64,000 nt of DNA from Candidatus Omnitrophota bacterium (GTDB lineage Bacteria > Omnitrophota > Gorgyraeia > Duberdicusellales > 4484-171): NCBI GenBank assembly GCA_043815445.1, contig JBDRIY010000019.1:5368-69367 (forward strand). Direction: 5' to 3'. The notes beneath the pieces are model-generated. The model was not told the DNA's origin. It did not search any database and saw only the letters and a program-made list of their open reading frames with translations. Numbering within the stretch: position 1 is the stretch's first letter; each line of letters begins with the position of its first letter. The position numbers and the translations under genes were made by a program. Shown here piece by piece: positions 59,393 to 64,000 of the stretch.

Positions 59393-60160
59393 TTACTGTT
59401 TCGCCTTAGGCATTGTTAACTGGCCCTTTAAAATAGTTAGCAAGTCATTCGACGCGAGATTACGGGTAAGCTGGCCGTTGATAGCTAAAGATATGGACCC
59501 ATTTTCTTCAGAAACAGCAATAACCAAAGCATCCGAATTCTCAGAAAGCCCTACTGCCGCCCTGTGGCGCATGCCTAAACCTCTTTCTATATCCTGATTT
59601 TCGCTAAGGGGAAAAAGGCAAGACGCGGCAACAACCCTTGTTCCTTCTACTATAGCTCCTCCATCATGCAAAGGAGCTGAAGGATAGAAAATACTCTGTA
59701 AAAGTTCTGAAGTAATATCAGCGTTTAAAAGTACTCCGCTTTCAATATATCTTTTAAGCCCTATTTCCCTTCTTATAGCTATAAGGGCTCCCTGCTTCTT
59801 GCGGGCAAGAGAACTCACCGCTGAAACCATCTCTCTTAAAACTTTTTCCATTGCTTCTCTTTCCGGCTCAATATAAAAAATATGCCTTTTACCTAAGTGT
59901 ATTAAACCCTCTCTTAATTCAGGCTGAAAAATTATAACTATAAGAATAAGAAAAAAAGCAAAGAAATAAGTAAGCAAGCGGGTTAATACCGGCAAGCCGA
60001 GCATCTGAAAAACAAAAAGAGAAATGATCAAGATAACTATTCCTCTTAAGAGATAAACTGCTTTTGTTCCTTTAAGGAAAAGAAAAATGCGATAAACCAC
60101 CGCCCAAAGAATTAATATCTCTAAAATAGTTTTCCAGTTTAAAAGCCTTGCTAAATCCAT
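59393..60160 (-). CDS. cdaA: diadenylate cyclase CdaA (membrane-anchored DAC domain)
   Basis: Three N-terminal TM helices followed by a DAC domain with GALIAIRRE, LHDGGAIV and RHRAAVGLSE motifs. Confidence 0.85.
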   Translation of the reverse strand: MDLARLLNWKTILEILILWAVVYRIFLFLKGTKAVYLLRGIVILIISLFVFQMLGLPVLTRLLTYFFAFFLILIVIIFQPELREGLIHLGKRHIFYIEPEREAMEKVLREMVSAVSSLARKKQGALIAIRREIGLKRYIESGVLLNADITSELLQSIFYPSAPLHDGGAIVEGTRVVAASCLFPLSENQDIERGLGMRHRAAVGLSENSDALVIAVSEENGSISLAINGQLTRNLASNDLLTILKGQLTMPKAKQ

Positions 60161-60210
60161 TAATTATCCCCTAAATTCCCTTTCTTTCTCAACTAACTGC
60201 AAACTTCTAA

Positions 60211-61431
60211 CTACGAACAACTATCTATTGCTGAAGCCATCTTTAGCGCTTCCACAGCCGCGGGCACATCATGTACTCTTAAAATGTCAGCGCCTCTGAT
60301 AAAAGAAACAACATTAGCGGCAATAGTTCCATTAAGGCGCCTATCTATATCTCTATTAAGTATCTTACCAATAAAAGCCTTTTTGGACAAGCCTAAAAAA
60401 ATAGGCCTGCCAAAAATCTTTAATTTATAAAGCTGGTTAATAATCTTAAGATTGTCTTCAACTCTCTTACCAAAGCCTATGCCCGGATCAATAAAAAGCT
60501 GTTCCTTTACCACCCCTCTTTGAGCGCAAAAATTTAACCTTTCCTGAAAAAAATCAATTTCCTCCTCCATAACATCTTTATATTCCGGATTTATCTGCAT
60601 AGTCTTAGGAGTCCCCTTCATATGCATCAATATACATCCTAATTTATATTTCTTAATTAAAAAAGTAATGTTAGGGCTATGCCTTAAAGCAGTAATATCA
60701 TTTATAATGTCAGCTCCGGCTCCAGCCGCTTCCTTAGCAACATTATACTTATAAGTATCCACAGATATTAAAATATTTTTATGCCTTTTTCTTAAGGCTT
60801 TCAGCAGAGGAATAATTCTTTTAATTTCTTCTTTCTCATTTACCGGTTTAGAAAAAGGCCGTGAAGACTCTCCTCCTAAATCTATAATTTTTGCTCCGGC
60901 CCTTATCATAGCCCCAGCCTTATCCAAAATTAAATCTTTAATTTTTGGCTCTAAGCCTTTTGCCCTGCTGAGCGCGCCGTCGCCGGAAAAAGAATCATCA
61001 GTTATATTAATAATTCCGCAGACAAGAGGTTTTTTTATCTTCAATGTTTTGCCCTTTATTAAAAATTTAAACTCCTCTTTTTGCAATTCGTCTAAACAGG
61101 ACAAAATACCTTCTGAAATTTTTTTTAAATTAAAAGGCTGAATTTTAAGTTTTCGGCATAATTCTTTCAACTGGCTAACATTAGCAAAAATAAAAACAGA
61201 GGTTTTAATATCCTTGATTAAAGCTTTTCTCTCTATTGCCGCGTCAGCGCCTAAAGAAAGTAAATGCTGTTTTATTATATTCGCTTCCCAAGATTTAATA
61301 CCCTCGATTTTAAAAACCGAATAAACACTTTTAGGGGAAAGAATTTTTATCCCTTCAGGGCTTACCCCTAAGCCGGACATCAATCCTTCTGCTTGCTTTT
61401 GATTTTTTATCTTTAAAGGAATTATTTTCAT
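60211..61431 (-). CDS. folP: dihydropteroate synthase with ~135-aa N-terminal extension domain
   Basis: The pterin-binding domain begins at VCGIINITDDSFSGDG, with DxGGES, GLSKK and other DHPS motifs. It sits immediately downstream of ftsH in the conserved ftsH-folP arrangement. Confidence 0.85.
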   Translation of the reverse strand: MKIIPLKIKNQKQAEGLMSGLGVSPEGIKILSPKSVYSVFKIEGIKSWEANIIKQHLLSLGADAAIERKALIKDIKTSVFIFANVSQLKELCRKLKIQPFNLKKISEGILSCLDELQKEEFKFLIKGKTLKIKKPLVCGIINITDDSFSGDGALSRAKGLEPKIKDLILDKAGAMIRAGAKIIDLGGESSRPFSKPVNEKEEIKRIIPLLKALRKRHKNILISVDTYKYNVAKEAAGAGADIINDITALRHSPNITFLIKKYKLGCILMHMKGTPKTMQINPEYKDVMEEEIDFFQERLNFCAQRGVVKEQLFIDPGIGFGKRVEDNLKIINQLYKLKIFGRPIFLGLSKKAFIGKILNRDIDRRLNGTIAANVVSFIRGADILRVHDVPAAVEALKMASAIDSCS

Positions 61432-63353
61432 CCCTGCGGAGGATTTTCAGGCAAGAGCCCGCTTTCATTGCTTGCAAGGCCGGTTATACGCTTAACTTCT
61501 ACGACATCAAGAACTTCTTTTTCAATCAAAACCTCAGCCAAAGCTTTTAGCTTATCTTGATTTTCCTGAATAAGTTTTTTAGCTCTTTCATAGCAGTCGC
61601 CAATAATACTTTTTATTTCATCATCAATAATCTTAGCTGTTTCTTCACTATAATCTTTCTCTCTAACCATATCCCGGCCTAAAAATATCGGGCCGCAGCT
61701 TTGGCCTAAAGTATAATTTCCTAATTTTTCGCTCATTCCATAATCGCAAATCATATGGCGGGCTATTTGCGTAACCTGAGCTAAATCATTCATAGCTCCG
61801 GTAGTAATGTCTTTTAAATTAATTTCCTCAGACGCTCTGCCCCCTAAAGCAACTGTAATATCGCCTAAAAGCTCTTTTTTAGAACGGTAGCGCCTATCTT
61901 CTGTAGGCGGTATGAAAGTATAACCCCCTGCCATTCCTCTGGATATAATTGAAACTTTACTCATAGAATCAACTTCAGAAATCAATAAAGATAAAAGAGC
62001 ATGCCCAGCTTCATGGTAAGCAGTTAATTTTTTCTCCCGTTTTGAAATCACTCTGCTTTTTTTCTCCGGGCCCATAACAACTCTTTCTACAGCTTCTTCT
62101 AATTCCGGCTGTTCAACCGATTCTTTATTACGCCTGGCCGCGAGAAGAGCTGCTTCATTGCAAAGATTTTCCAAATCCGCTCCGGAAAACCCCGGAGTCC
62201 TTTTGGCAATTTCTTCCAAATTAACTTTTTCGGACAATTTAATCTTTTCAGTATGAACTTTTAAGATTGCTTCCCGGCCCTTTATATCCGGAGTATAAAT
62301 AACAATATGACGGTCAAATCTTCCCGGACGAAGAAGCGCCGGGTCTAAGACATCCGGCCGGTTAGTAGCAGCTACAACAATTATTCCCACCTCAGTTTGA
62401 AACCCGTCCATCTCAGTAAGAAGCTGATTCAAAGTCTGTTCTCTTTCATCATGCCCGCCGCCGATTCCGGCAAAACGCTGGCGGCCTACAGCATCTATTT
62501 CATCAATAAAAATAATACAGCCTTTCTTCTCTATCTTTGCCGATTTCTTAGCTTCCTGGAATAAATTTCGTACCCGGCTAGCGCCGACTCCTACAAACAT
62601 TTCAACAAAATCCGAGCCGCTTATGCTGTAAAAAGGGACCTCAGCTTCACCGGCGACAGCCTTAGCTAATAAAGTTTTTCCGCAGCCCGGCGGGCCTACC
62701 AATAAAACTCCTTTAGGAAATCTTCCGCCTAAACGCTGAAATTTCTTAGGGTCTTTTAAAAATTCTATCACTTCCTGCAACTCTTCTTTTGCCTCATCTA
62801 TTCCGGCAACATTATCAAAAGTAATTTTAACCGCTTTTTCTTTATCTAAAATTACAGCCCGGGACTTTCCCAAACCTAGAATATGAGTACCCATTTGGCT
62901 TCCTTTATTGGAAAAATACCATAGAAAAGCTATAAAAAGAATCATCGGGCCCAAGGAATAAAAAAGATTAGCCCAAACAGTGCGGGGAGGCTCTATCTCA
63001 AATTTGCTTACATTCTTACGCAAAAGTTCAACAGCTTTTTCGTCATCATGAGGGATATAAAGATAAAACCTGCCGGATCCTTTAGCTTGAGTAAAAGTGC
63101 CTTGGACAAAATTCTCAGTTAATCTAACTTCTTCTATAACCGGATCTTCGGTGTTACGCTCGAGAATATGATAAAATTCATTATAAGAAAGCTTCTTAAC
63201 TGCCCCGCCCACGCCGGCGTTCAACAAATTAATAAACCACATCACGCCTAAAAAAAGGGCCATTAGTATAAAGGTATTCCGGATAAAGCTGGGATTCGGA
63301 GGCTTTTGAAGCTGAGGGTTATTAGGATTAGAAGGTTTTGGCTGTTCTTTCAT
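61428..63353 (-). CDS. ftsH: ATP-dependent zinc metalloprotease FtsH
   Basis: Two N-terminal TM helices, AAA Walker A GPPGCGKT, Walker [13 protein letters not shown] segment and the HEAGHA zinc motif. Confidence 0.95.
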   Translation of the reverse strand: MKEQPKPSNPNNPQLQKPPNPSFIRNTFILMALFLGVMWFINLLNAGVGGAVKKLSYNEFYHILERNTEDPVIEEVRLTENFVQGTFTQAKGSGRFYLYIPHDDEKAVELLRKNVSKFEIEPPRTVWANLFYSLGPMILFIAFLWYFSNKGSQMGTHILGLGKSRAVILDKEKAVKITFDNVAGIDEAKEELQEVIEFLKDPKKFQRLGGRFPKGVLLVGPPGCGKTLLAKAVAGEAEVPFYSISGSDFVEMFVGVGASRVRNLFQEAKKSAKIEKKGCIIFIDEIDAVGRQRFAGIGGGHDEREQTLNQLLTEMDGFQTEVGIIVVAATNRPDVLDPALLRPGRFDRHIVIYTPDIKGREAILKVHTEKIKLSEKVNLEEIAKRTPGFSGADLENLCNEAALLAARRNKESVEQPELEEAVERVVMGPEKKSRVISKREKKLTAYHEAGHALLSLLISEVDSMSKVSIISRGMAGGYTFIPPTEDRRYRSKKELLGDITVALGGRASEEINLKDITTGAMNDLAQVTQIARHMICDYGMSEKLGNYTLGQSCGPIFLGRDMVREKDYSEETAKIIDDEIKSIIGDCYERAKKLIQENQDKLKALAEVLIEKEVLDVVEVKRITGLASNESGLLPENPPQG

Positions 63354-63376
63354 TGTAGCTATTATACTGTGCCTGA

Positions 63377-64000
63377 TTATAAAATCAAGGATTGAATAAG
63401 AAGATTTTTTTCATCTTTTTTAACCGTGAGCAAAGGCAAATCTACAATGCTTTGCGAAGGCCGGATATAAACTAAATCTTTTATCTCAGTTAAATGTTTT
63501 GTTTCAATTCTTCGGGTATCGCCTTTAACGCTTTCAATAGCGATTATAAGAACATTATTAAATATTGCTTCAGGAAGCTCTTTTAAATCTTTTAAGTCTA
63601 AATAAACAGATTGTTTTGTTTCTTTTCTTCTTAAGGCAAGAAATTTACGATAAGAAAAAGTATAAATAAAATCATAATCCAAAGAAATATTGCGCGCTAA
63701 ATTATGCAAATTCGCGTTAATACCCGGGTTCAACTCTTCAAGCAAAGGTATAAGCTTAAGCCGGACGCGATTACGTAAAAACTTTTCCTCGAAATTGCTC
63801 TTGTCTGTGCAAAAAGATACTTTTTCTTGTCCCAACCACTCAAAAATTTCTTTTTTTCTAATTTCTATCAAAGGCCGAATAATAGTTAAACTTTTAAACT
63901 TAGACTTAGGCAAAAATCCTCTTAAGCCTTTTAAGCCTGAACCTCTTATTAATCTCATCAAAATCGTTTCTACAAGGTCATCCTCGTGATGAGCAAGAGC
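63377..64000 (-). CDS. tilS: tRNA(Ile)-lysidine synthetase, C-terminal portion (N-terminal PP-loop domain beyond window end)
   Basis: MRLIRGSGLKGLRGF...IRPLIEIRKKEIFEWL matches the TilS region downstream of the PP-loop. The ORF has no start codon within the window (only an artefactual M-M at 63961). Confidence 0.65.
   Translation of the reverse strand, partial: ALAHHEDDLVETILMRLIRGSGLKGLRGFLPKSKFKSLTIIRPLIEIRKKEIFEWLGQEKVSFCTDKSNFEEKFLRNRVRLKLIPLLEELNPGINANLHNLARNISLDYDFIYTFSYRKFLALRRKETKQSVYLDLKDLKELPEAIFNNVLIIAIESVKGDTRRIETKHLTEIKDLVYIRPSQSIVDLPLLTVKKDEKNLLIQSLIL

Overview
This is a low-GC bacterial chromosome segment, probably from an uncultivated lineage or MAG, with almost all genes on the minus strand. 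About 50 housekeeping genes are recognisable by motif: folD, FtcD-like cyclohydrolase, rnhB, rplS, trmD, tgt, ruvB, scpA, trpS, infB, nusA, rimP, proS, ispG, rseP, dxr, cdsA, uppS, smpB, comEC, comEA, leuS, nfo, recJ, argS, thrC, hom, gpsA, acpS, pdxJ, cdaA, folP, ftsH and partial tilS. There are six tRNAs: Ala-GGC, Leu-CAA, Pro-GGG, Gly-TCC, Tyr-GTA and Thr-TGT. A ~13 kb accessory defence island (30.0-43.05 kb) sits between nfo and a tRNA-Ala/tRNA-Leu pair. It is one tightly packed minus-strand gene string: half-size hsdS, hsdM, KilA-N protein, TIR-like protein, small 3-TM membrane protein, ThsB-like TIR protein, full hsdS, C-terminally truncated DUF1016 protein, hsdR, YgjP/DUF45 metallopeptidase, PIF1/RecD-like helicase, hypothetical protein. 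The TIR / small-TM / TIR trio embedded in the type I R-M operon is the best candidate for an undescribed Thoeris-like system with a minimal membrane effector. The second unusual feature is that many operon leader and intergenic regions carry 100-270 bp imperfect palindromes built from ~7-bp tandem units; the unit motif differs from locus to locus, and several motifs form multi-copy families. infB is split by a +1 frameshift in a C5 homopolymer run. Several ORF-track start codons are spurious extensions into these repeats, and I give corrected starts.
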